NCBI GenBank assembly: GCA_036553725.1 | Contig: DATBOO010000204.1 | Span: forward strand, 12,565-76,564 | Direction of reading: 5' to 3' | Length of the DNA stretch: 64,000 bases | Origin: Acidimicrobiales bacterium | GTDB taxonomy: Bacteria; Actinomycetota; Acidimicrobiia; Acidimicrobiales; RAAP-2 | In this document: piece after piece, positions 26,434 to 34,312 of the stretch | Position numbering within the stretch: the first letter of the stretch is position 1 | Layout: the number at the start of each line of letters is the position of its first letter | Made by a program: the position numbers and the translations under genes | The notes under the pieces: model-generated | Database searches by the model: none | The model's input: the letters and a program-made list of their open reading frames with translations, nothing else | What the model was told of the DNA's origin: nothing

Positions 26434-28032
26434 GTGGACTCCCCGCCCGGCGACCCGTGGTGGCGTTCAGGCGTGCTCTACGAGATCTACCCGCGCTCGT
26501 TCGCCGACTCCGACGGCGACGGCATCGGCGACCTCAGCGGCCTCATCGGCCGTCTGGACCACCTCGAATGGCTCGGGGTCGACGGGATCTGGCTCTCGCC
26601 GGTCTCGCCGTCGCCCAACGCCGACTGGGGCTACGACGTGGCCGACTACTGCGGTGTCGACCCCGCCTACGGCACCCTCGAGACCCTCGACACCCTGGTG
26701 GCCGAGGCCGGCCGCCGGGGCATCCGGGTCCTCCTCGACCTGGTGCCCAACCACACCAGCGAGCAGCACTCGTGGTTCGTCGACTCCAGGTCGTCACGGT
26801 CCGCCGAGCACCGGGACTTCTACGTCTGGGCCGACCCCGGCCCCGGCGGCGCCCGGCCCAACAACTGGACGGCGCAGTTCGGGGGTCCGGCCTGGACGCT
26901 CGACGAGGGAACCGGTCAGTACTACCTCCACAACTTCACCCGGGAACAGCCCGATATCAACTGGTGGAACCCCGCCGTCCACCGCGCCTTCGAGGAGATC
27001 ATCCGGTTCTGGTGGGACCGGGGGGTCGCCGGGTTCCGCATCGACGTCTGCAACATGATCGTGAAGGACGCCGAGCTCCGGGACAACCCGCCGGCCACCG
27101 GGGAGGACTCGGTGGTGGAGCAGCTCATGGGCCAGCGGTACGCCTACAACGGCAACCGGCCCGAGGTGCACGAGATCCTGCGGGGCTGGCGGGCGCTGGC
27201 CGACACCTACGACCCTCCCCGGGTGCTGCTCGGAGAGACCGACGTGCACCATCTGTCGATGCTCCCCCCCTTCTACGGCAACGGCACCGACGAGCTGCAC
27301 CTGGCCTTCAACCTGCCCTGGCTGCATGCCGAGCTCTCGGCCGAGGCCCTGCGGGCCGTGGTCGAGGAGACCGAGCGGATCCTGCCCGCGGGGGCCTGGC
27401 CGGTGTGGGCCGTCTCCAACCTCGACACCTCGCGGGCAGCCACCCGATGGGCGGCAGGCCACCCCGGACGGATCCGCTGCGTCGTGCTGGCCCTGCTCAC
27501 GCTGCGCGGCACCCCGGTCCTCTACCAGGGCGACGAGATCGGCCTGCCCGACGGCACCCTCGACCGGGAGGACCTGCGCGACCCGATCGGGGTGCGCTAC
27601 TGGCCGCACGCCACCGGCCGCGACCCCGAGCGCTCCCCGTTGCCCTGGGACGACGGTCCCGGCCGGGGGTTCACCACCGGCGGCCGCGGCACCTGGCTGC
27701 CCATGGGCACCCCACCGGAGTGCAATGTCGCCGCCCAGCGGGCCGACCCCGGCTCGGTGCTCACCTTCACCCGTGACCTGCTTGCCCTCCGCCGGTCGAA
27801 TCCCGACCTCCACCGCGGTGCCTATCGCAGCCTGGCGTCCCCGCCCGGCACCTGGGCCTGGCGACGCGGAGAGGGCTTCGCCACCGCCGTCAACTTCGGC
27901 GAAGAGGCGTCGGTCGTCGACGGCCTCACCGGCTCGGTGGCCCTGGGCACCGACCGGGGACGGGACGGTCAGCCGGTGGCCGGGAGCTTCGCCCTCGGTC
28001 CGGGCGAAGGAGCGCTGGTCCGGCTGGCCTGA
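26434..28032 (+). CDS. GH13 alpha-glucosidase / oligo-1,6-glucosidase-like
   Basis: WWRSGVLYEIYPRSFADSDGDGIGDL, GVDGIWLSPV, VLLDLVPNHTS, GFRIDVCNMI and GETD are the GH13 conserved regions. Confidence 0.9.
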   Translation: MDSPPGDPWWRSGVLYEIYPRSFADSDGDGIGDLSGLIGRLDHLEWLGVDGIWLSPVSPSPNADWGYDVADYCGVDPAYGTLETLDTLVAEAGRRGIRVLLDLVPNHTSEQHSWFVDSRSSRSAEHRDFYVWADPGPGGARPNNWTAQFGGPAWTLDEGTGQYYLHNFTREQPDINWWNPAVHRAFEEIIRFWWDRGVAGFRIDVCNMIVKDAELRDNPPATGEDSVVEQLMGQRYAYNGNRPEVHEILRGWRALADTYDPPRVLLGETDVHHLSMLPPFYGNGTDELHLAFNLPWLHAELSAEALRAVVEETERILPAGAWPVWAVSNLDTSRAATRWAAGHPGRIRCVVLALLTLRGTPVLYQGDEIGLPDGTLDREDLRDPIGVRYWPHATGRDPERSPLPWDDGPGRGFTTGGRGTWLPMGTPPECNVAAQRADPGSVLTFTRDLLALRRSNPDLHRGAYRSLASPPGTWAWRRGEGFATAVNFGEEASVVDGLTGSVALGTDRGRDGQPVAGSFALGPGEGALVRLA

Positions 28033-28127
28033 ACGCGGCGCCCGCGTACTCAGGGGACTTCGCGTATCCTCGACACGCCGTTCGGCCACGGTCGATTACC
28101 GCCCGCCAACACAGGAGTCTTGGGGAC

Positions 28128-28889
28128 GTGCGCTTCGTTTTGGTTCACGGTGGATTCCACGGTGCCTGGTGTTGGAGCCGGACGATCCCGGAGCTCGAAG
28201 GCCTCGGCCACGAAGCGATCGCCATCGACATTCCGGGCCACGGCGAGCGCGTCTACGAAGTAGCCACGATGGCGGGTCGTCTCGATGCGGTCCTCGCCGT
28301 GCTCCAGCCGGGCGACGTGCTGGTGGGGCACTCCGGCGGCGGCCTGGAGATCACACGCGCGGCTGATGCCGCGCCGGAGCTCGTCAGCCACGTGGCCTAC
28401 CTGGCGGCGGCACTGCCGCTGGAGGGTCGCCTCATGCAGGAGGCACTCGTCTACCGTGACGACGGCGGGACCGAGGGCGACTATGACGTGACCGGGATGC
28501 TGAAGCATCTGCGCGTGAACGACGACGGGTCCATGGCATTTGCGAATGTCGAGGGTGCGCAGGCGCTCTTCTATCATGACTGCGACCGGGCCACGGCTCG
28601 ATGGGCGTTCGAGCGGCTGACACCCGAGCGGGCGGGCGACACGGCGACCACTCCGGTCTCCGTTCCACGGTTCTGGGAAGCCGATCTTCCCCGCAGCTTC
28701 ATCGTGTGCCGGCAGGACCGGGCTCAGCCGAGGTGGCTCGCCGCCGTGACCGCTCGCCGCCTCGGCGTCGAACCGCTCGCCATCGACGCGTCGCACTCGC
28801 CGTTCCTCAGCCGCCCGGCTGAACTGGCGCAGATTCTGGTCCGGGCGACCACGACCGAGCCGATCGGCCCCCTGCGGCCCAACGGCTGA
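28128..28889 (+). CDS. Alpha/beta-hydrolase (methylesterase-like)
   Basis: FVLVHGGFHGAWCW, nucleophile elbow VGHSGGG and C-terminal DASHSPFLSRP. GTG start. Confidence 0.85.
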   Translation: MRFVLVHGGFHGAWCWSRTIPELEGLGHEAIAIDIPGHGERVYEVATMAGRLDAVLAVLQPGDVLVGHSGGGLEITRAADAAPELVSHVAYLAAALPLEGRLMQEALVYRDDGGTEGDYDVTGMLKHLRVNDDGSMAFANVEGAQALFYHDCDRATARWAFERLTPERAGDTATTPVSVPRFWEADLPRSFIVCRQDRAQPRWLAAVTARRLGVEPLAIDASHSPFLSRPAELAQILVRATTTEPIGPLRPNG

Positions 28890-28973
28890 ACCCCGGCGTG
28901 GGATATCGTGACCCAACTCACGCTCCCACGCCAGAGGCCCGGGCCCGTTGCTCGAACTGATCGGGAGGTCGCA

Positions 28974-31274
28974 ATGGAGACTCAGTCGTTCCAGGGTGTC
29001 ATCGGGGACGACTGGCGGGAGTCCACGCCGTGGTGGCCCGAGGTCCCGAAGCCGCCGGCCGGTGCGCCCAATGTGCTGCTGGTGGTCCTCGACGACGTGG
29101 GCTTCGCCCAACTCGGCTGTTATGGCTCCGACATCGCCACCCCGGCCATCGACGCGCTGGCCGAGGGAGGGGTGCGCCTCACCAACTTCCACACCACCGC
29201 CCTGTGCTCGCCCACGCGGGCCTGCCTGCTGACCGGGCGCAACCACCACCGCAACGGCCTGGGCCGGGTGGCCGACCTGGCCGTCGGGTATCCGGGGTAC
29301 AACGGCGAGATTCCCCAGGAGAACGGCTTCCTGTCCGAGATCCTCCGCCAACGGGGCTACGCCACCTACGCGGTGGGCAAGTGGCACCTGACCCCCGACG
29401 ACGAGACCAGCATGGCCGCCCCCCGGCACTCGTGGCCGCTGGCCCGGGGCTTCGACCGCTGGTACGGCTTCCACGGGGGCGAGACCCACCAGTTCGTCCC
29501 TGCTCTCTACCACGACAACCACTCGGTCGCCCCGCCCCGGACCATCGAGGAGGGCTACCACCTGAGCGCCGACCTGGCCGACCGGGCCATCGCCCAGCTG
29601 GGCGACCTCCGGGCCGTCGACGTCGACCGTCCCTTCTTCGTCTACTTCTGCACCGGCGCCTGCCATTCCCCCCATCACGCCCCGCGCCGGTGGATCGACC
29701 GTTATGCCGGACGGTTCGACAAGGGATGGGACCGCTGGCGCGAGGAGATCTTCGCCCGCCAGCTGGAGACCGGTCTCCTGGCCCCGGGCACCGAGCTCTC
29801 GCCGCGCCCGCCGTGGGTGCCGGCATGGGAGGGCCTGCCCGCCGAGGAGCGGCGGGTGGCCGCCCGCTTCATGGAGTGCTTCGCCGCCTTCCTGTCCTAC
29901 ACCGACGCCCAGCTGGCCCGGGTCCTCGAGTTCCTCGAGCAGACCGGCGACCGGGAGAACACCCTGGTGGTGCTGGTGTCCGACAACGGGGCCAGCTCGG
30001 AAGGGGGCCCCACCGGATCGATCAACGACAACCGGCTGCAGAACTTCGACCCGGCCGGCCCGGCCGAGCTGTCCCGTCGCATCGAGGAGCTCGGCGGCCC
30101 CAGCGCCCACAACAACTACCCGTGGGGCTGGACCATGGCCGGCAACACCCCGTTCAAGCGGTGGAAGCGGGAGGTCCACGAGGGCGGGGTGGCCGATCCC
30201 TGCATCGTGAGCTGGCCGGGCCGCCTGGGCTCGGACGGCGGGGTGCGCCGGCAGTTCGCCCATGCCGTCGACATCCTGCCCACCGTGCTCGAGCTGGCCG
30301 GGATCGGGGCCCCCCCGTCCATCGGGCACGTGCCCCAGACCCCGCTCGACGGCATCAGCTTCGCCCCCCTGCTGGGCCCGGAGGGGGCAGGCGCCCCCGG
30401 GCACCGCACCACCCAGTACTTCGAGATGTTCGGGAGCCGCGCCCTCTATCACGAGGGCTGGAAGGCGGTCACCTTCAAGCCGATCGGGCCCCTCTACGAC
30501 GACGGCATCAACTGGAACGCCCCCTTCGACGACGACCGCTGGGAGCTCTACCACGTGGACGTCGACCCCGCCGAGATCCACGACCTGGCCGCCGAGCACC
30601 CGGAACGGCTGGCCGACATGATCGAGCGCTGGTGGGTCGAGGCCCGCCGCAACCAGGTGCTCCCGCTGGACAACCGGGTGCTCCACACCCTGGTCAACCC
30701 GAAACCCGACCGGAGGGTTCCCCGCCTCCGCACCACCTATTTCCCGGGCGGCTCCCCGGTGCCCGAGACGGTGGCCGCCAACGTCAAGAACCGCAGCCAC
30801 ACCATCGAGGTCGACCTCACCGTCGCCCCGGGCGAGCCGGCGGAGGGGGTGCTCCTGGCCCAGGGGTCGGTGCTCGGCGGCTTCTCCCTCCACCTGCGGG
30901 CCGGGTGCCTCCGCTACGTGCACAACCTGTACGGCAAGGAGCGCCACGTCATCGCCGCCGCCCAGCGGGTCGGGGCCGGCCGCCACCGGCTGGTGCTCCG
31001 GTTCGACCGGGAGGAGGACGGCGGCGGTCCAGCCGTCCTGGAGGTCGACGGGACCGAGGTGGCCAGGGGGCGCATCCCCACCTTCACCGTCGCCGCCTTC
31101 AGCGCCACCGGCGCCGGTCTCACCTGCGGGTACGAGGTGGGTCCGGCGGTGGGCGACGACTACTCGGCCCCGTTCCGGTGCACCGCCACCATCCACTCGG
31201 CCACCGTGACCCTCAGCGAGCACGTACCGGTCAACCCGATGGTGGAGTTCGAGCGGATCATGTCCGAGCAGTAG
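28974..31274 (+). CDS. Arylsulfatase (Cys-type, formylglycine-dependent), long AtsA-like form
   Basis: PNVLLVVLDDVGFAQLGCYG and LCSPTRACLLTGRNHH (CxPxR). SD GGGAGG lies upstream of ATG 28974. No signal peptide. About 250 aa of extra C-terminal domain. Confidence 0.9.
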   Translation: METQSFQGVIGDDWRESTPWWPEVPKPPAGAPNVLLVVLDDVGFAQLGCYGSDIATPAIDALAEGGVRLTNFHTTALCSPTRACLLTGRNHHRNGLGRVADLAVGYPGYNGEIPQENGFLSEILRQRGYATYAVGKWHLTPDDETSMAAPRHSWPLARGFDRWYGFHGGETHQFVPALYHDNHSVAPPRTIEEGYHLSADLADRAIAQLGDLRAVDVDRPFFVYFCTGACHSPHHAPRRWIDRYAGRFDKGWDRWREEIFARQLETGLLAPGTELSPRPPWVPAWEGLPAEERRVAARFMECFAAFLSYTDAQLARVLEFLEQTGDRENTLVVLVSDNGASSEGGPTGSINDNRLQNFDPAGPAELSRRIEELGGPSAHNNYPWGWTMAGNTPFKRWKREVHEGGVADPCIVSWPGRLGSDGGVRRQFAHAVDILPTVLELAGIGAPPSIGHVPQTPLDGISFAPLLGPEGAGAPGHRTTQYFEMFGSRALYHEGWKAVTFKPIGPLYDDGINWNAPFDDDRWELYHVDVDPAEIHDLAAEHPERLADMIERWWVEARRNQVLPLDNRVLHTLVNPKPDRRVPRLRTTYFPGGSPVPETVAANVKNRSHTIEVDLTVAPGEPAEGVLLAQGSVLGGFSLHLRAGCLRYVHNLYGKERHVIAAAQRVGAGRHRLVLRFDREEDGGGPAVLEVDGTEVARGRIPTFTVAAFSATGAGLTCGYEVGPAVGDDYSAPFRCTATIHSATVTLSEHVPVNPMVEFERIMSEQ

Positions 31275-31381
31275 CCCCGCCGGCGGCCCGCGACCCCGTC
31301 CCACGGGGCCACCGAAGCTCACAGCAGAGCCTACGGTCGTCGCCAGTCCGCTCACGGAGTGGTTCCCTACCGTGTCCGGAC

Positions 31382-31415
31382 AAGGAGGCAAGCAGAGCCC
31401 GCGACCATCTGCTTG
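31382..31415 (+). promoter_or_regulatory. Strong SD-like AAGGAGG followed immediately by an 8-bp hairpin (CAAGCAGA-N11-TCTGCTTG) ending 7 nt before ATG 31423
   Basis: Read directly. The SD is 34 nt from the ATG in linear sequence but ~7 nt away if the hairpin folds. Confidence 0.3.
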
Positions 31416-31422
31416 AAATCAC

Positions 31423-31635
31423 ATGACCTGGATCTTCGTCACCATTCCCCTCATGATCGTGGCCGTGGCCATCGCCACCGTCCCCGTCCTGTACCACTCG
31501 GTGCGCGAGCACTTCCTGCTCCACGGGGACGCCGTCCCCACCCGTCGGCCGGTCCCGCGGAGCTCCGAGTACTGGACCAGGCCGGCCCGGGCCCGGGTCG
31601 AGGCGACCGGCCCGGAGGAATCCGTGGCTGCCTGA
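31423..31635 (+). CDS. Small hypothetical membrane protein (70 aa)
   Basis: A single clear TM helix (MTWIFVTIPLMIVAVAIATVPVLY) then a charged tail. No family recognised. Confidence 0.35.
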   Translation: MTWIFVTIPLMIVAVAIATVPVLYHSVREHFLLHGDAVPTRRPVPRSSEYWTRPARARVEATGPEESVAA

Positions 31636-31698
31636 TCAACCCGGCGGTCCGGGCACCACACCGGGCCGCCGGCCATTGAGCGGTAGCCTCCGGAGACC

Positions 31699-32373
31699 AT
31701 GGTCCCCACTGCCAAAGCCGGCCCCACAGCCAAGACCGGCCCGGTCCCGCCCGGCCCGGTCGAAGAGGAAGACGCCGCCGCGCCGGCCACCATGGACGGC
31801 CGGCAGCGGCGCCGGGCGCGCAACCGGGAAGCGGTCGTCGACGCGCTGTTGGACCTCTACCGCGACGGCAACCTGCGGCCGAGCAGCGAGGAGATCGCCG
31901 CCCGCTCGGGCCTGTCCCCCCGCTCCCTCTTCCGCTACTTCGACGATGTCGACGACCTGATACGCGCCGCCATCCGCAGCCAGGAGGCCCGGGCCCTGCC
32001 GCTGGTGCCGGTGGCGGCTGCGCCCGACGACCACTTCGATGTGAAGGTGGCCGCCCTGGTGGACCAGCGGCTCCGGCTGTTCGAGGCGGTCGGGCACGCC
32101 GCCACCGTCTCCCGGCTGCGGTCCCCGTTCCAGCCGCTGCTGGCCGCCGAGCTCACCCAGAACCGCAAGTACCTGCGGAACCAGCTACGGCGGCTCTTCG
32201 CCCCGGAGCTGGCGGGGATGGACGAAGTTCGGGTGGACTCGGCACTGGCGGCGGCCGACGTGCTGACCTCATTCGAGTCGTACCAGCTCCTCGTCGAGCA
32301 CCGGGCCATGCCGGAGCCCCAGGCGAAGCGGGTCATGGCCGACGCGCTCACCGTCCTCCTTGGACCTTCGTGA
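31699..32373 (+). CDS. TetR-family transcriptional regulator
   Basis: N-terminal HTH RRARNREAVVDALLDLYRDGNLRPSSEEIAARSGLSPRSLFRYF. Confidence 0.9.
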   Translation: MVPTAKAGPTAKTGPVPPGPVEEEDAAAPATMDGRQRRRARNREAVVDALLDLYRDGNLRPSSEEIAARSGLSPRSLFRYFDDVDDLIRAAIRSQEARALPLVPVAAAPDDHFDVKVAALVDQRLRLFEAVGHAATVSRLRSPFQPLLAAELTQNRKYLRNQLRRLFAPELAGMDEVRVDSALAAADVLTSFESYQLLVEHRAMPEPQAKRVMADALTVLLGPS

Positions 32374-32400
32374 GCCTCCGTGAGCCTCCGTGACCGCTCC
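32371..32400 (+). repeat. 10-bp tandem repeat TGAGCCTCCG x2 plus a diverged third unit TGACCGCTCC, starting at the TetR stop codon
   Basis: Read directly. The 10-nt period places TGA in all three frames (32371, 32381, 32391). Confidence 0.85.
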
Positions 32401-32445
32401 ACCGGTCGGCGGCTCCGGGCCGTCCCGGTGATGCCACTCACGACG

Positions 32446-32928
32446 TCACGGCCTCGGTCCCGATAGACCGGCCGACGGGGCGAGCCCGTCCTGGTCGGCC
32501 ACGTTGGCGGCCAGGCGGCCGAGCAGGCCTTCGAGGTCGGCGCTCTCTTCGTCGGAGATCCCGGTGCGCAGACGCCGATCGAATGCCGCCGCCGCCCGGC
32601 GCAGACGGAGGAAGGCCGCCTCGCCGGCTTCGGTCAACTCGACCACGTGTATCCGGCGGTTGACAGCGTCGCGCCGCCGGGTGATCAGCCCTTCGGCGTC
32701 CATCGAGTTGAGGTGGTGGGTGAGGGTGGCTTCCCTGACCCCTATCGCCTCGGCCAGCTCCCGCTGGTTGGCCAACCGCCGGGTCTTCAGGTTCAACAGC
32801 ACTAACCACACCGGCAGGGACCCCCCCGCCTCCACCAGGGCGGCATCGAAGGCGCGGCTCACGGCCCGGGCGGCGCGAGCCAGGTGCAGGCCGATGGGTG
32901 GGTGGAAGGGTGGCTGGGCGGAACCCAT
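32446..32928 (-). CDS. MarR-family transcriptional regulator
   Basis: wHTH core NQRELAEAIGVREATLTHHLNSMDAEGLITRRRDAVNRRIHVVELTEAG. Confidence 0.9.
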   Translation of the reverse strand: MGSAQPPFHPPIGLHLARAARAVSRAFDAALVEAGGSLPVWLVLLNLKTRRLANQRELAEAIGVREATLTHHLNSMDAEGLITRRRDAVNRRIHVVELTEAGEAAFLRLRRAAAAFDRRLRTGISDEESADLEGLLGRLAANVADQDGLAPSAGLSGPRP

Positions 32929-32956
32929 GCGGTCAGGCTACCACGATCACTCGATC

Positions 32957-32992
32957 TCTAATCCTTTGACTTCTAATACTTAGAGGTTTAGA
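32957..32992. promoter_or_regulatory. AT-rich nested inverted repeats (TCTAATCC...GGTTTAGA and inner CTAA-TAC-TTAG) in the divergent MarR/SDR promoter; candidate MarR operator
   Basis: Read directly. This is the most AT-rich patch of the 74-bp divergent intergenic region. Confidence 0.4.
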
Positions 32993-33002
32993 CTTTCCCA
33001 CC

Positions 33003-33818
33003 ATGACGCCAAGCACCGGGACCATCGAACGGGACATCCGCGACAAGCCACCGGGTACCGCCATCTACCCGGACCTCGCCGACAAGGTGGCCGTGGTCAC
33101 CGGCGGCTCGAGGGGCATCGGCGCGGCGACCGCAATGGCCCTCGGCGCCAACGGCGTGCGCGTTGCCGTCGTGGGGCGTGACCGGGTGGCGATCGACGGG
33201 ACGGTCGAAGCCGTCCGCGCCGTTGGGGCCCGGGCCCTCGGCGTCGTCGCCGACTGCACCGTCGAGGAGGACCTGGCGTCCCTGCACCAGCAAGTGGCCG
33301 CCACACTCGGCGGTGTCGACATCCTGGCTGCATTCGCCGGCGGCAACGGTATGCCGGTGGCCACCGTCACCGAGAGCAGCGGGCACTGGCGCGAGGTCAT
33401 CGAGAGCGACCTCACCTCGACGTTCCTCACCGTGGCCGCCTTCCTCCCCGAGATGACCGCCCGCCGGTCGGGGGTGATCATCACCATGGCCTCGTCCGCC
33501 GCCCGTCTGGCGGCCAAGTCCTCGGCCGCCTACGCGGCGGCCAAGGCCGGGGTCATCGCCTTCACCCGCCATGTGGCGGGCGAGTTCGCCAAGGACGGCA
33601 TCCGGGCCAACTGCATAGCCCCCTCCGCCATCGAGAACGACAAGATGCGCGCCCGGATGTCGGCGGCCGAACGGGAGGCCCTTGCCGGGGCGTTCCCCCT
33701 GGGCCGGATCGGCCAACCACCGGACGTCGCCGCGGCCGCGCTCTATCTGGCGTCGTCTGCCTCGTCGTGGATCACTGGCGTCACCCTCGACGTCGCCGGC
33801 GGGATGGTGATGGCGTGA
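33003..33818 (+). CDS. Short-chain dehydrogenase/reductase (FabG-like)
   Basis: VAVVTGGSRGIGAA, SSAAYAAAKAG (YxxxK) and ITGVTLDVAGG. Confidence 0.9.
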   Translation: MTPSTGTIERDIRDKPPGTAIYPDLADKVAVVTGGSRGIGAATAMALGANGVRVAVVGRDRVAIDGTVEAVRAVGARALGVVADCTVEEDLASLHQQVAATLGGVDILAAFAGGNGMPVATVTESSGHWREVIESDLTSTFLTVAAFLPEMTARRSGVIITMASSAARLAAKSSAAYAAAKAGVIAFTRHVAGEFAKDGIRANCIAPSAIENDKMRARMSAAEREALAGAFPLGRIGQPPDVAAAALYLASSASSWITGVTLDVAGGMVMA

Positions 33819-34282
33819 CCAGTGCCGATGAGCCGCCCGCCTCCGGCCGCCGCACCATGGTCAAAGGGCTGCGGGCGAACTCCTTCGCCGCTCTGGTCAT
33901 GGTCGTCGTCGAGCTCGGGCTCGGACTGGGCGTCAACCTCTACGCCAACCTTCCCGCCTCCGATCACCACCGGGCACCCCTCGCCGCCTTCGGCCGGGCG
34001 GTGGCCGACGGTCCGGTGATCGTCACCCTGCACGCGCTGCTCGGCACGCTGCTCCTCGCCGCCGGCATCTCGGCGGTCGTGCGCGCCTCCCTGACCCGCC
34101 GGGGTCCGCTCATCGGCGCCTCCGGTAGCGCCCTCCTCGCCATCTTCGTGGCCTGGGGCTCCGGCACGCGGTTCGTAGGGACGATGGACAACGGTGCATC
34201 ATTGGCCATGGGCCTGGCCACCGGGGTCGCCATCCTGTCCTATGCGGTCATCCTGTTCATCACTCCGCCGGCCAGGTCTTGA
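33815..34282 (+). CDS. Hypothetical integral membrane protein (~4 TM)
   Basis: GTG 33815 overlaps the SDR stop (GTGA). Hydrophobic segments FAALVMVVVELGLGLGV, LHALLGTLLLAAGISAVV, LLAIFVAWGSG and VAILSYAVILFI. No family recognised. Confidence 0.5.
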   Translation: MTSADEPPASGRRTMVKGLRANSFAALVMVVVELGLGLGVNLYANLPASDHHRAPLAAFGRAVADGPVIVTLHALLGTLLLAAGISAVVRASLTRRGPLIGASGSALLAIFVAWGSGTRFVGTMDNGASLAMGLATGVAILSYAVILFITPPARS

Positions 34283-34312
34283 AAGACGGGTCTCGAAGGC
34301 GCTCTTCGGGGC

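Noticed and set aside
28050-31391. 1113-aa minus-strand ORF
   Set aside because: It is antisense shadow of the alpha/beta-hydrolase and arylsulfatase genes. The composition is low-complexity Gly/Pro/Arg/Val and no motifs are present.
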